This document shows positions 9,543 through 19,744 of a stretch of DNA of 64,000 bases, in pieces. Under the pieces are notes generated by a model, which worked only from the letters and a program-made list of their open reading frames with translations, made no database searches and was not told the origin of the DNA. This DNA comes from Candidatus Obscuribacterales bacterium (GTDB taxonomy: Bacteria > Cyanobacteriota > Vampirovibrionia > Obscuribacterales > Obscuribacteraceae). Made by a program: the position numbers and the translations under genes. Location: assembly GCA_965228855.1 (NCBI GenBank), contig CBDDIJ010000005.1:608001-672000 (forward strand), read 5' to 3'. Numbering within the stretch: position 1 is the first letter of the stretch; each line of letters starts with the position of its first letter.

Positions 9543-10994
9543 CTACTTTACGGATGTCTTCTCTTTAGCATCCTCACGCTTATCGCGTTTACCATTCGTC
9601 CTGGTTGATTCGGATTTGCTCCCTTTACTCCCGGCTCCTCGACTGGACTTATCATCCACTTTGGCTTCAACCTTTTTTTGCGCTTTGATCTGAGAATTTT
9701 CAGACTTTTTGATTTTGTCCTCAATCCAGCCCTCGTCGTGCTTGGCGCTTATGTAGTCCGGGTGGGAGGTCCCAAGTAGTGTTTTAAGAACGGATACTTC
9801 TCGCTTCGAGTAGAGAAAAGCGAGCTGCATATCGTTCTTTTGCTGATGCAAACGCGACAGTTTCTTCAAGCTATGAGCGACCTCGATATGTTTATCGCCC
9901 AGGAGCTTTTTGCGTATATCCAGAGCCTGTTCCGCATCTGCTATGGCCGGGTCCAATTTGTCCTGCCTGCGATGAGCGTCAGAAAGGCGGTCATAAGACT
10001 CGGCGACCATAATGTGGTCAGGTCCAAGTGACGTTTTCAAAAGACGCAACTCTTCCTCGATCAGGGGAATCGCTTTTTCTGTTTGACTATTATCCTGATA
10101 GCAGCGAATCAAATCCCGCATGGCACGCGCGACTTCGACTTTCTCAGAAGCGAGAAGGACGCGTTTGGTTTCCAAACTTTCTTCGTACAAAGGAATTGCT
10201 TTGTCGAATTGACGCTCTCGAGAATACAAGGAAGCAATCTCATCAAGGTTTCTAACCGTCTGCAGATGGTCTTTTCCGAGAACGGATCTCCTGATCTTCA
10301 GAGCCTTCTCAAACCAATTTCGAGCATCACCGAATTTATGTTCATCTCGCTTCAATCGACCGATCTGGTCGTACGCATCTGCTACACGGAGGCTATTTGC
10401 ACCATAACCTTTCTTGCGAAGCTCGACCATGCGTTCATACCAGGGCATAGCTTCCTCGTACTGCTCACGGTCCGAATAGAGTCTAGCCATCAAGGATACC
10501 GGACGCTCCAGACCGTCAAAATCTTTTCCATTCACCTTCTCACGAATGGCGATGGTGCGCCGCAAAATCGGTTGAACAGAGTCATATTTGCGCTGGTCCC
10601 AAAGAGTATAAGCAAGATCTTCAAGGTTGCGGGCAATCGCTTCGCTATCAGCACTGAGTGATTGTTCTCGGCGCGCGAGAGCTTTCCGATAGAATTCCTC
10701 GGCTTCTCTGAATTTGTTTTGTCGCTTGTAGAGCTGAGCGATATTACTTAAACTTTGAGCAACGAGGTCGTCTTCAGCCTTAAGTGTTTCCGCAGAGTCA
10801 AGCGCAGCATTATATTCGGATAGCGCCTTATCTATTTTTCCTGAACGCATCAAATCATTGGCAGCATCAGTGTGTTTGCGCCACTCGTTATCTGCAGCGA
10901 AAGCGCAGCTGTTGATGATGAGAAGTTCAATCAAAAGGGCTACCGGAATTCGAAAAAAGGCGACCGTCAATTTGGGAGTCGAAAACTTAGGCAT
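9543..10994 (-). CDS. Secreted TPR protein (kinesin-light-chain-like 42-aa repeats)
   Basis: Signal peptide ending in AFA; repeats such as VAQSLSNIAQLY...EAEEFYRKALARRE and ...ALDIRKKLLGDKHIEVA; Lys-rich tail. Confidence 0.88.
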   Translation of the reverse strand: MPKFSTPKLTVAFFRIPVALLIELLIINSCAFAADNEWRKHTDAANDLMRSGKIDKALSEYNAALDSAETLKAEDDLVAQSLSNIAQLYKRQNKFREAEEFYRKALARREQSLSADSEAIARNLEDLAYTLWDQRKYDSVQPILRRTIAIREKVNGKDFDGLERPVSLMARLYSDREQYEEAMPWYERMVELRKKGYGANSLRVADAYDQIGRLKRDEHKFGDARNWFEKALKIRRSVLGKDHLQTVRNLDEIASLYSRERQFDKAIPLYEESLETKRVLLASEKVEVARAMRDLIRCYQDNSQTEKAIPLIEEELRLLKTSLGPDHIMVAESYDRLSDAHRRQDKLDPAIADAEQALDIRKKLLGDKHIEVAHSLKKLSRLHQQKNDMQLAFLYSKREVSVLKTLLGTSHPDYISAKHDEGWIEDKIKKSENSQIKAQKKVEAKVDDKSSRGAGSKGSKSESTRTNGKRDKREDAKEKTSVK

Positions 10995-11065
10995 GAAAGA
11001 GCCCTCGCAACGCGGATCTGAAGAACATAGTTTCCCATAAAATCGATGAAAATACGTAACGGAAA

Positions 11066-12205
11066 CTAAATTATGTCTGAGTAGGTTGCGTGATGATCGG
11101 TGAGCAACTGCCGAGCAAAGTCTATATCGAGATGAGCGGAGCGCGCATAACGCTCGGCTTCTGAATAATCGCCACTGGCAAGCAAACTGCGCGCCCGGCT
11201 GACATAGGTGCTCACGACGCTCAAGCGGCGAACCACTCCGACTTCCTCGTCCTTATCGCGCAAAAGTCGCTGAAGGCGAGCCACACGACGTTTGAAGTCT
11301 TGGGTAGGATCATCGAGTTCTTCGAGAATTCCGGACTCATCCTCGGGCTCCGGTCCACTATTCGGATACCTGGCATATTCGATCAAACGGGCTGCCATGC
11401 GCAACTCCATTGAACCAGCTTTGGCCATGCGACCAACATCATCAGAGTCAGAGTCCTGATACGAGATAATGCATTGGTCGAGAGTTCGCCGCGCGGCATC
11501 AATGTACAGCTTGATTCGACCGTGTGCCACCACAGACGCCTCTGCAAGAAATTTCTGGGTCTCAGCATATTGATCGATGAGAGACACGATTCTAGGAACC
11601 GCAGAACCACGGCAGCGCTGGAGCGTCTCAGGTTCCACAACTCGAGACTGAAGCTTATCCTCCAGCTCTCGACCGAGAAGATACATATAGAGCAGCCCAG
11701 CGTGAGCAGCCAGCTCAGCCGAGGTTGATTCGCCGTTCTCGACGTGATTGATCGCGTCGAAATATAAACGAACGACTTCGGCAAGACGCTCTTTCTGCTC
11801 GGAGCTCACCTCGGCGTTGGTATATTCGACGCTCGCTTTGAAACGTGTAATAGCCTCGGAGAGTTCAATCACAGTTTGTTCCGTGCTCTCGTCATCAAGC
11901 AATGGCTCAGTAATTCGTCCATTCGAGTCACTGAGATGGAGCATCGCCATGCTCAAAAATTTGAGTCCCTGTTTACAGTACTGAAAGCACAGTTGCGGCT
12001 CTCCGTCTTTGAGGTGGTAGATTGCCTCTTGATACGCATCCTCCGCCTTATCGATGCACTTGCGAGCCAGCGATTTAAAGGGACTATCGGACGCCCGAAC
12101 CTTCTGACGCGCCTCGGTCATCGCCTCGACAACTACGCTCATCAGTTGCTGCGAGCGCTTCCCCGACATCCACTTCGACCAAAATTTGGTGAGATCTTCA
12201 AGCAC
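11066..12205 (-). CDS. Hypothetical all-helical protein with four internal repeats
   Basis: 379-aa ORF with a recurring helix-hairpin motif (see findings); start overlaps the stop of the upstream gene. Confidence 0.75.
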   Translation of the reverse strand: MLEDLTKFWSKWMSGKRSQQLMSVVVEAMTEARQKVRASDSPFKSLARKCIDKAEDAYQEAIYHLKDGEPQLCFQYCKQGLKFLSMAMLHLSDSNGRITEPLLDDESTEQTVIELSEAITRFKASVEYTNAEVSSEQKERLAEVVRLYFDAINHVENGESTSAELAAHAGLLYMYLLGRELEDKLQSRVVEPETLQRCRGSAVPRIVSLIDQYAETQKFLAEASVVAHGRIKLYIDAARRTLDQCIISYQDSDSDDVGRMAKAGSMELRMAARLIEYARYPNSGPEPEDESGILEELDDPTQDFKRRVARLQRLLRDKDEEVGVVRRLSVVSTYVSRARSLLASGDYSEAERYARSAHLDIDFARQLLTDHHATYSDII

Positions 12206-12635
12206 GTTTGATCGACTGCTCCTTTATCTCGGCACGCAAATTGACGATCTCTTCTTGCAGTTCCGCCAGCTCTTCTTCGGCAAACTGCCGCCATTCACTG
12301 TCCGGCAGATCTTCAAGTTCGAGAAAGACGCCTTCGCCCAGGTAATGCTCGGTCGTCTCCGCGTCGAACAAGCCGCGTGCGAAGTGCGCATGAAGCCAAG
12401 CCACTTTGCACGCAGTGTCCGCTTCCTTGAATTCTTCATCGGCGATGAGTTCCACGGCTTTTTCAATCGCGGCTAAACCACTGGTGATACCATTCTCAAT
12501 GATATGACTCTTCCGAAAGCCGGAAGCCTCGAAGTCCAGCTTCAACTTCGCGATAAACTGCTCAACAAGCGTTAAGCGCTCCATGACCTTCAATTCGGTC
12601 GGTATTTTGCTTTTTGAGTTTCCCTTGCTTGACAT
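12198..12635 (-). CDS. Hypothetical helical protein, apparent single-repeat relative of the downstream gene
   Basis: AIEKAVELIADEEFKEADTACKVAWLHAHFARGLF resembles YVSRARSLLASGDYSEAERYARSAHLDIDFARQLL; 8-nt overlap. Confidence 0.72.
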   Translation of the reverse strand: MSSKGNSKSKIPTELKVMERLTLVEQFIAKLKLDFEASGFRKSHIIENGITSGLAAIEKAVELIADEEFKEADTACKVAWLHAHFARGLFDAETTEHYLGEGVFLELEDLPDSEWRQFAEEELAELQEEIVNLRAEIKEQSIKRA

Positions 12636-12793
12636 TATGATGGCAGGGTCCGACTGTTGGACGAGGAACGTGGAGCTTGGTAAGAATTACTGGTTTTACA
12701 GCATAGTACGGCGACGACGATAATCATACAGCACCCATCTTGACATCTATCAATTTTAAGCCTTTCTTAGTCAGTGTGCTAAACTTCAACACC

Positions 12794-13288
12794 ATGGATA
12801 GCCTCAAATCCCGCGAAATACTGGAATTACTGTCAAACGACTCGCGCACCTCGGCCGAGACAATTGCCGGAATGCTTGGGCTGGCGCCATCTCAAGTCAA
12901 AAGCGAAATCGATAGATTCGAGCAAGAAGGCATCATAAAGCACTACGGCTCCACGATTGACTGGGAAAAAGCGGGCATCGAGAAAATCGTCGCATTTGTA
13001 GACATCGATGTTGTTCCGGCTCGTGAGGTTGGATTCGACGCAATTGCTCTGCGTATCGCCAAGCATCCGGAAGTGAAACATGCCTGGCTGGTGTCTGGCG
13101 GTTGCGATTTGAGCATTATGGTGGAAGCAAACAGTCTCAAAGAAGTGGCAAACTTTGTAGCTGAAAAAATCGCCACTATTGACGGTGTTACAGGTACAAA
13201 CACCCACTTCCTTTTGCGAAAATACAAAGAAGACAATGTTCTGTTCGGCGACCTGGAACCGGACAGCCGCCTAGTAGTATCGCCTTAG
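12794..13288 (+). CDS. Lrp/AsnC family transcriptional regulator
   Basis: HTH ILELLSNDSRTSAETIAGMLG; RAM domain with LVSGGCDL. ATG 12794 preferred over TTG 12740. Confidence 0.9.
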   Translation: MDSLKSREILELLSNDSRTSAETIAGMLGLAPSQVKSEIDRFEQEGIIKHYGSTIDWEKAGIEKIVAFVDIDVVPAREVGFDAIALRIAKHPEVKHAWLVSGGCDLSIMVEANSLKEVANFVAEKIATIDGVTGTNTHFLLRKYKEDNVLFGDLEPDSRLVVSP

Positions 13289-13304
13289 GCAGAGACTTGC
13301 GGCG

Positions 13305-14540
13305 ATGAACAAAGACGATTCAAATCCTCAAACTTTCAAGGGACTGTCGAAAACGGCAGCAGAATTGCCTCAGTCAGGTATTCGAAGATTCTTCGACATT
13401 GCGTCGCAGATGAAGAACGTCATTTCACTCGGCGTGGGCGAACCGGATTTTCCGACGCCGTGGACGGTTCGCGAAGCCGCAATTTATTCGATTGAAAAGG
13501 GTCAAACAACTTATACTTCGAACCTGGGTCTGATAGAGCTTCGCCGCGAAATCAGCAAGCACGGTATGAAACGCTATCAGGTCGAGTACAATCCAGAGAC
13601 AGAAATCCTCGTTACAACAGGAGTGGCTCAGGGACTGGATCTCGTAGCAAGAGCATTACTGGATCCGGGTGACGAGGTGCTCATTCCCGAGCCCTGTTTC
13701 GTATCGTACAAACCGTGCGTTTCACTTGCCGGCGGGGTACCAGTGCCAATTGAAACGACCAGTGAAAACAACTTTCAGGTCTCCATAGAATCACTCGAAG
13801 CAAAAGTGACACCACGCACCAAGGCAGTTTTGATCGGTCATCCATCCAATCCGACGGGGGCGGCGTTGCAACGCAAGACGCTGGAAGAGATCGTCGATTT
13901 CGCTTGCCGGCACGGGCTCTACATAATCAGCGACGAAATCTACGACCGCCTGACCTACGACGGCGAGCACGTCATGGTGGCGTCGCTGCCAAATGCTTTT
14001 GACAGAACTATCACGCTAAACGGTTTTTCGAAAACCTACGCGATGACCGGTTGGCGCATAGGGTACGCTTGCGCTCCGGCAAACATTCTGCACACCATGA
14101 TGAAAATTCATTCGTACACTATGTTATCCGCACCTACGCCCGGACAGAAAGCCGCATTAGAAGCCATGCGCAGAGGCGAAAAATATGCCAGCGCAATGGC
14201 AGCGGAATACAAGCGACGACGCAATTTGATTGTGGATGGTTTTAACGCGATGGGACTGGATTGCCCCATGCCGGGCGGAGCGTTCTACGCCTTTCCGAGC
14301 ATCCGTGCCACTGGACTATCTTCCGAGCAGTTTGCCGAGCAACTCCTGTACTCTCAGCAAGTAGCTGTAGTGCCTGGCAACGCATTTGGTCTTGGCGGAG
14401 AAGGTCATGTTAGATGCAGTTACGCAACAGACGCCAGTTTGATAAAGAAGGCTCTGGAGCGCATTGAACTTTTCATAGACTCCTTACCAGGTGTTTCGAT
14501 AAAAAACGATCTTCTAGAAACATCTGATCAGCTTGTTTAG
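13305..14540 (+). CDS. Class I/II PLP aminotransferase (resembles the Bacillus YugH/AlaT type, paired with Lrp)
   Basis: SGIRRFFD, SLGVGEPDF, PSNPTG, SDEIY, GFSKTYAMTGWRIG, VRCSYA. Confidence 0.92.
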   Translation: MNKDDSNPQTFKGLSKTAAELPQSGIRRFFDIASQMKNVISLGVGEPDFPTPWTVREAAIYSIEKGQTTYTSNLGLIELRREISKHGMKRYQVEYNPETEILVTTGVAQGLDLVARALLDPGDEVLIPEPCFVSYKPCVSLAGGVPVPIETTSENNFQVSIESLEAKVTPRTKAVLIGHPSNPTGAALQRKTLEEIVDFACRHGLYIISDEIYDRLTYDGEHVMVASLPNAFDRTITLNGFSKTYAMTGWRIGYACAPANILHTMMKIHSYTMLSAPTPGQKAALEAMRRGEKYASAMAAEYKRRRNLIVDGFNAMGLDCPMPGGAFYAFPSIRATGLSSEQFAEQLLYSQQVAVVPGNAFGLGGEGHVRCSYATDASLIKKALERIELFIDSLPGVSIKNDLLETSDQLV

Positions 14541-14583
14541 AGCCCGTCTCATCCGTTTGATACAAGGTATTTCCGGGAATTAA

Positions 14584-16560
14584 ATGGTGTCGGAGAATCA
14601 CGCCATGTCAGACGCTCGCGTTGCATTTCCAACTTCGCTAACTGAGCGCTACAAAGATCCGCGCTTCATCGGAGCCGGCGGAGCCAGCACCGTGTACGCG
14701 GCACACGACTCTAATCTCAATAAAGAAGTAGCAATCAAAATTCTCGGTCCCAGACCAAGCGGCCAAAAACTTCTGCGGTTTCAACAAGAAGCGAAAGTGA
14801 TTGGCCGGCTGTCCCATCCCAACATCGTCACGGCTATAGACTTCGGTGTTGTGGACGAGAACTTCGCGTACATGGTTATGGACCTTGTCGGCGACTGCAG
14901 CCTGGAAGCGTTTATCAGCAGTGGTGAAGAGATTTCGGTGACAAAGTCAATCGAGATTTTCAGACAGATCGCTATCGCCATGACTCATGCCCATGCACAT
15001 AACGTCCTGCATCGCGATCTAAAACCAGGCAACGTGCTCCTGGACACCCCCGCGGCAACACACCCGCGGATCAAAGTAGCTGATTTCGGCGTTGCAAAAA
15101 TCATAGGCACACCATTTTTTGTCACCACAGGCAATATCTTCATCGGCACACCGAGCTACATGAGCCCGGAGCAGTTTCGGGCACAAGATGTCGACGAGCG
15201 CTCCGACATTTATTCTTTCGGATGCCTGATGTTTGAAACACTAAAGGGTACCGTTCCGTTTCCAGGAGACGCCGCAGCTGAACTTGCAGAAAAGCACGCG
15301 AACGAACCAGTGCCACCGTGCACGGTGACTGCGTACGGAGAAGAAATTCCCAACCGCTTGCAAGAGATAATTAGAAAGTGTTTGGAGAAAAAACCGGAAA
15401 ATCGTTTCGACACCTTCGAGACGGTAGAGAGATACCTTTCGGCGCTATCTGCGGAACAATCATCGTCAGTACGGCCTGTGGTTCAAGAGCGCGCCAAGCT
15501 CGCAGCACGAGAACCCTATTTGGTATCAAGCACCACTAGCCAGTATCAGGCAGCCGACACTGGTGCAACCAGAAAACTAATGATCGCCATCACGACATTA
15601 GTAGTGTCGCTAGCGGCGCTTATCTGCTACAGCCTGACGGGAGAACACTCAAGCTTCAGCCTGATTGGTTCAGAGACGCTCTCCCGAACAGGCTCTGGCG
15701 ACGGCACGAAGGATGGTTCAAGCAAGGAATTAGAAAAGAAGCAATCCGTTGATCTATCGGCTCAACTAGAGGAAGAACACAAAGAGCGACGCTCATGGCG
15801 TAATCGCGACATCCAGCTGCCGGCTTCTATGCTAAAGGGCTCGACCGACGAACTTCTAGATAGAGCCAAAAAACAAATCGATAAAAAACGGTATAGCTTC
15901 GCTTGCGGCTATCTCGATCATGTTTTAAAACTAGAGCCGAATAATTTCAGAGCGCTAAAGCTGCGAGGTGATGCGAGAAAGAATTTAAACGACGTCAATG
16001 GTGCACTTAGCGACATCACCGCAGCACTTTTTCTGCGACCGGATGATTCGGAGCTGTTATACAGAAGGGCTATGCTTCGCCGCGAAACCAGCGATTTAAA
16101 CGGAACAATAGAAGACTTGAATCTGGCGATAGAAAAGGAACCGAATAATTCCAAGTATTTCTTCCAGCGTGGTGATAGCTACATGGAAATAGGCAAAACA
16201 AAAGAAGCGTTCGAGGACCTGACGCGATCGATCTCGCTGAAACCAAGCGAGGCCGCATATCGGAGCAGAGGCAAACTAAGCCAGCTCAACGGAAAATTTA
16301 GAGAAGCCATCGACGACTTCTCCAGAGCAATGGAGGCGAATCCCGGGAGCGCCGAACTCCGCTTCCTGAGGGGAAACTCATACAACGAACTCGGAGAATA
16401 TCAGAAGGCGGTAGCAGATTACACTGCTGCAATTTCTAGAAACAGTGGTAATGCCAACTTCTACAAGATGCGAGCAAATGCCTATGAACAGCTGGGAGAT
16501 CCAGGCAAAGCCAGGGCTGATAGAAGCGTTCCAATCGATGACTTCAAAATCGGTCGTTGA
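14584..16560 (+). CDS. Transmembrane Ser/Thr kinase with C-terminal TPR domain
   Basis: VAIK, HRDLKPGN, DFG, GTPSYMSPEQ; TM LMIAITTLVVSLAALICYSL; about 7 TPRs. Confidence 0.92.
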   Translation: MVSENHAMSDARVAFPTSLTERYKDPRFIGAGGASTVYAAHDSNLNKEVAIKILGPRPSGQKLLRFQQEAKVIGRLSHPNIVTAIDFGVVDENFAYMVMDLVGDCSLEAFISSGEEISVTKSIEIFRQIAIAMTHAHAHNVLHRDLKPGNVLLDTPAATHPRIKVADFGVAKIIGTPFFVTTGNIFIGTPSYMSPEQFRAQDVDERSDIYSFGCLMFETLKGTVPFPGDAAAELAEKHANEPVPPCTVTAYGEEIPNRLQEIIRKCLEKKPENRFDTFETVERYLSALSAEQSSSVRPVVQERAKLAAREPYLVSSTTSQYQAADTGATRKLMIAITTLVVSLAALICYSLTGEHSSFSLIGSETLSRTGSGDGTKDGSSKELEKKQSVDLSAQLEEEHKERRSWRNRDIQLPASMLKGSTDELLDRAKKQIDKKRYSFACGYLDHVLKLEPNNFRALKLRGDARKNLNDVNGALSDITAALFLRPDDSELLYRRAMLRRETSDLNGTIEDLNLAIEKEPNNSKYFFQRGDSYMEIGKTKEAFEDLTRSISLKPSEAAYRSRGKLSQLNGKFREAIDDFSRAMEANPGSAELRFLRGNSYNELGEYQKAVADYTAAISRNSGNANFYKMRANAYEQLGDPGKARADRSVPIDDFKIGR

Positions 16561-16723
16561 ACAATAAGAAAGGAAAGCAAATCGAAAGGTCCATCCTCAA
16601 ATGATCGACCTATCAAGTCGGCGGGAAATAAATTTGATAACCTTTATAGATCAGCTATTGATGCTGACAAGAGACGAGATTGCGAGATTTCATGATCTGG
16701 CGGCTTAGTACGGAGACAGGCGA

Positions 16724-18364
16724 ATGGCAGAGTACAAAACAAATTTACCGGCAAACACCAAAGATAAAGCGACCTTCAAGAATCCCTTTACAGGCGAGAC
16801 TTACAATCGCGGTTCGCTCAATGTCAAAGTGAATCAGGAAGACCTGATCGGCAAACGGGCGCAAGAGATTGCAAAAGAGCATTCGCTACACATTCCGCCA
16901 ACGACAAAACCAGACTTTCCAGCGATTATAGACCCGACCCACATCGCCATCGGTCCCTTCGTCAGTGGCTTTGATGACAACCTTTACTTCGACGCCGTTC
17001 TCGGAGTCGGAACTAATGCAGTCTTCGGCTATAACCAACCAAACATTTTTGGAAAACTGCAGCGACTTGGTAGCTGCCTGGCAGGCTACATGGGCGCGGG
17101 CACAGATTTCTTTTTCGACCTCCGACATGGTGCTCCCACGCCGCAAGCGCTGGCTGCCGAGATGACGAAACTGGCCGAACAAGCCTACGGCGGCAAATAC
17201 ATGATGAATTTTGCCAACGCAGGCACAGAGGCAAACGAGAATGCGCTCAAAGTCGCTATGTTTCATAAGTTCAGGCTGGTGAAAAAACAGCTCGGCGACG
17301 ACATGTATAAGCAGATGTGCGATCAGCTGGGAATTCATCAAGTCCGCCCCGACATAGATGCATTGTGGAGCAACTACCCATTCTTCATCATGGCATTCCA
17401 TGGTGCTTTCCATGGACGAACGGCGACGAGTAACACGCTTTCGATGAGTAAGATTCGACAGAAAGAGGGATATCAGTCGATACCATATACGGTGCACATT
17501 CCATTCAGCCCATCGATTGATTTCGACAAATACATCGATTTCACGCCGCTGGAAACTCTGATCAAGGAAAATCGTTTACGCGAAGTCATCGATAGCCGCA
17601 AGGCGCCGGCGGACCTGCTTGCAGTTTTAATAATGGAACCGGTTCAAGGAGAAGGCGGTTACCTTATCCCTGATAAACAGTTATTGGAAAAACTCAGCGA
17701 CTTCGTCGGCAAAATGCGTCCCAAAGGAATGCTTCTTCAGTCAGACGAGGTTCAATGCGGACTCTACCGGACCGGCGAATTTACCGGTATGCAAAACTGG
17801 TACAAACAGTTTCCAAATCTGAGACCCGATACGATGAGCTTCGCAAAACCGCTTCACGTCGGCGGCGTCTTGATTGACAATGCGTTGCTCGGTGATTGGC
17901 CAGGCGGAAAATTTTCCGGCACGTGGGCGGAGGGAAATCTGCTCGGCATAGCGATGGCTTATTATACGCTCGAAGAACTCAAGCAAGTAGATCCAGCGCT
18001 AGGCATCTCGTATCCGGACAATGCGAAGAAATCCGGAGAGTATCTGCGAGCTGAAATTGAGAAGCTTGGCGCACGACTCGAGAAAGAGATGCCAGGCACT
18101 AATTTGATTTTAAATACACGCGGTATCGGTCAGATGAACGCCTTCGACGTACCGGACCATGATTTCCAGTCGGCAGTTTCCTACGAGGGATTTTTGCACG
18201 GACTGCATATACTCGGCACAGGCGACCGCTCCATTCGCGTTTTCGGAACAGTCGATCAACGCCAGCGCGAAGCCGACATGCTGATCGGAATCATGGAAGA
18301 TGTGTTCAAAAAATTGGGAAAAGACCGAGCATCAAAAAACAAATCGACCGTAGCTAGCGCTTAG
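16724..18364 (+). CDS. Class III PLP aminotransferase (lysine-6/GABA transaminase-like), substrate unknown
   Basis: NAGTEANENALK, GAFHGRT, EPVQGEGGY, DEVQCG, SFAK (PLP Lys), SGTWAEGN. Confidence 0.88.
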   Translation: MAEYKTNLPANTKDKATFKNPFTGETYNRGSLNVKVNQEDLIGKRAQEIAKEHSLHIPPTTKPDFPAIIDPTHIAIGPFVSGFDDNLYFDAVLGVGTNAVFGYNQPNIFGKLQRLGSCLAGYMGAGTDFFFDLRHGAPTPQALAAEMTKLAEQAYGGKYMMNFANAGTEANENALKVAMFHKFRLVKKQLGDDMYKQMCDQLGIHQVRPDIDALWSNYPFFIMAFHGAFHGRTATSNTLSMSKIRQKEGYQSIPYTVHIPFSPSIDFDKYIDFTPLETLIKENRLREVIDSRKAPADLLAVLIMEPVQGEGGYLIPDKQLLEKLSDFVGKMRPKGMLLQSDEVQCGLYRTGEFTGMQNWYKQFPNLRPDTMSFAKPLHVGGVLIDNALLGDWPGGKFSGTWAEGNLLGIAMAYYTLEELKQVDPALGISYPDNAKKSGEYLRAEIEKLGARLEKEMPGTNLILNTRGIGQMNAFDVPDHDFQSAVSYEGFLHGLHILGTGDRSIRVFGTVDQRQREADMLIGIMEDVFKKLGKDRASKNKSTVASA

Positions 18365-19508
18365 GGTTCGCCGTCGCTTCATGATACCTTTCGATGGAGT
18401 CACTGACACCGTCGCAGTCTTCATCGTCGTCTTCATCAGAGAATTGAGCGGCGGACTCTTCGAGTTCCTTTAGAACTTCCTTGGCTTTGCCTGCGACTGT
18501 TTGACCGGTCAAATCCTGAAGACCGTAAGCGACCAGCCCTTGAATTTGATCGTCGGTATCGTACTTAAGATGGTTAAGCGTGCTCTTAAAATTGACAAGA
18601 CGAGAGATTCGGTAACGTCCGAACGGCCCCTGATGAAGCCGCTCCATCTCCAATTTGACAGTGACAAGATCGTTTATACGTGGCGACATGAATGTTAGAT
18701 GAGCGATTACTTTTGAACCTTTATTCTCAAGCAAGTACTTCTTGAAATTACTGCCTTTAAATCCGCATTCGGCCAGCAGCTGCTTGATGGCGTTTGCGCG
18801 ACCGCCGACAGGAGCCGCAAAAATTCTGTTTATTATTGTGTCGGGATGTGCCTTGGCAAACTCCGCCATGCGCTGAAACGAGAGATTCTTCAATCTCATT
18901 TTTTCTTTTTTCCAGGCCATGCGAAGAAGACTCGAAAACTTCTTCCGTTCCGGTTGAACAATCTTGGGCTCGTCATTCGATTCGCTTCCAGTCTTGCCGT
19001 CGGCTGCTTTCACAACAGTAGTTGTTGTCGTGGTAATGGTGGTTCGCGTACCGTCGGCGAGCGATTTACCCGTCTCGCGACCGGTTACACCGCCAGTAGT
19101 GGCATTAGATGCGTCACTGATGTCACCTTCATCATCTTCATCGCCAGTGTTCGCGGCCGAAGCGGCGACAGTGTTAGGTTTGTTGACCAACCTCTGAATT
19201 TGATAGATGAGGGAATTGTCTATGCTAGTTCGAGCAGCGCGCAATGCGCCCAATCCGACTATGCGCTGAAGCTTCGTTAAATTCGGAGTTCGCTCCGCCG
19301 GCGCAAAAATGAGCTCCTCAGTGAAGCCGGTCGTCACGGTAGCAACATCGACGTATTTGTTAAACTTCTTGCGGTTTTTCTCTAGAAAACCGCTCCGGGC
19401 TTCAAGCAGTGCAAATTGTGGCGTCGACTGCCACCAAAGATAAGCCCCGCCCGCGGTGGTCGCGGCTACAAGAATAATGGTGGTTCCGATTAGTTGCACC
19501 TGCTTCAT
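18354..19508 (-). CDS. Membrane-anchored protein with DUF2939-like N-terminal region
   Basis: TM followed by TPQFALLEARSGFLEKNRKKFNKYVDVATV, resembling the DUF2939 pattern; Thr/acidic low-complexity linker; 11-nt convergent overlap with the aminotransferase. Confidence 0.6.
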   Translation of the reverse strand: MKQVQLIGTTIILVAATTAGGAYLWWQSTPQFALLEARSGFLEKNRKKFNKYVDVATVTTGFTEELIFAPAERTPNLTKLQRIVGLGALRAARTSIDNSLIYQIQRLVNKPNTVAASAANTGDEDDEGDISDASNATTGGVTGRETGKSLADGTRTTITTTTTTVVKAADGKTGSESNDEPKIVQPERKKFSSLLRMAWKKEKMRLKNLSFQRMAEFAKAHPDTIINRIFAAPVGGRANAIKQLLAECGFKGSNFKKYLLENKGSKVIAHLTFMSPRINDLVTVKLEMERLHQGPFGRYRISRLVNFKSTLNHLKYDTDDQIQGLVAYGLQDLTGQTVAGKAKEVLKELEESAAQFSDEDDDEDCDGVSDSIERYHEATANPKR

Positions 19509-19744
19509 TCGATTGAAGTCCTGAATGGCGCGCAGAGACAGGGATTAGCTTAATCATACAACAACTGCAAATGCAATTTTTGCAAGGTAGATTAAACACT
19601 GCAAAATCGCGTTTGATGTCGCGAAAACGACCTCTTCAGGTAAACGGACTGTCACGATTTTTGCCGCAGGCACGCAAAGTTTATAAGCATGAATATCGCT
19701 CTGGTATATTGATTGTTAGATGATTATGCCTTCAAGACAGCAAA

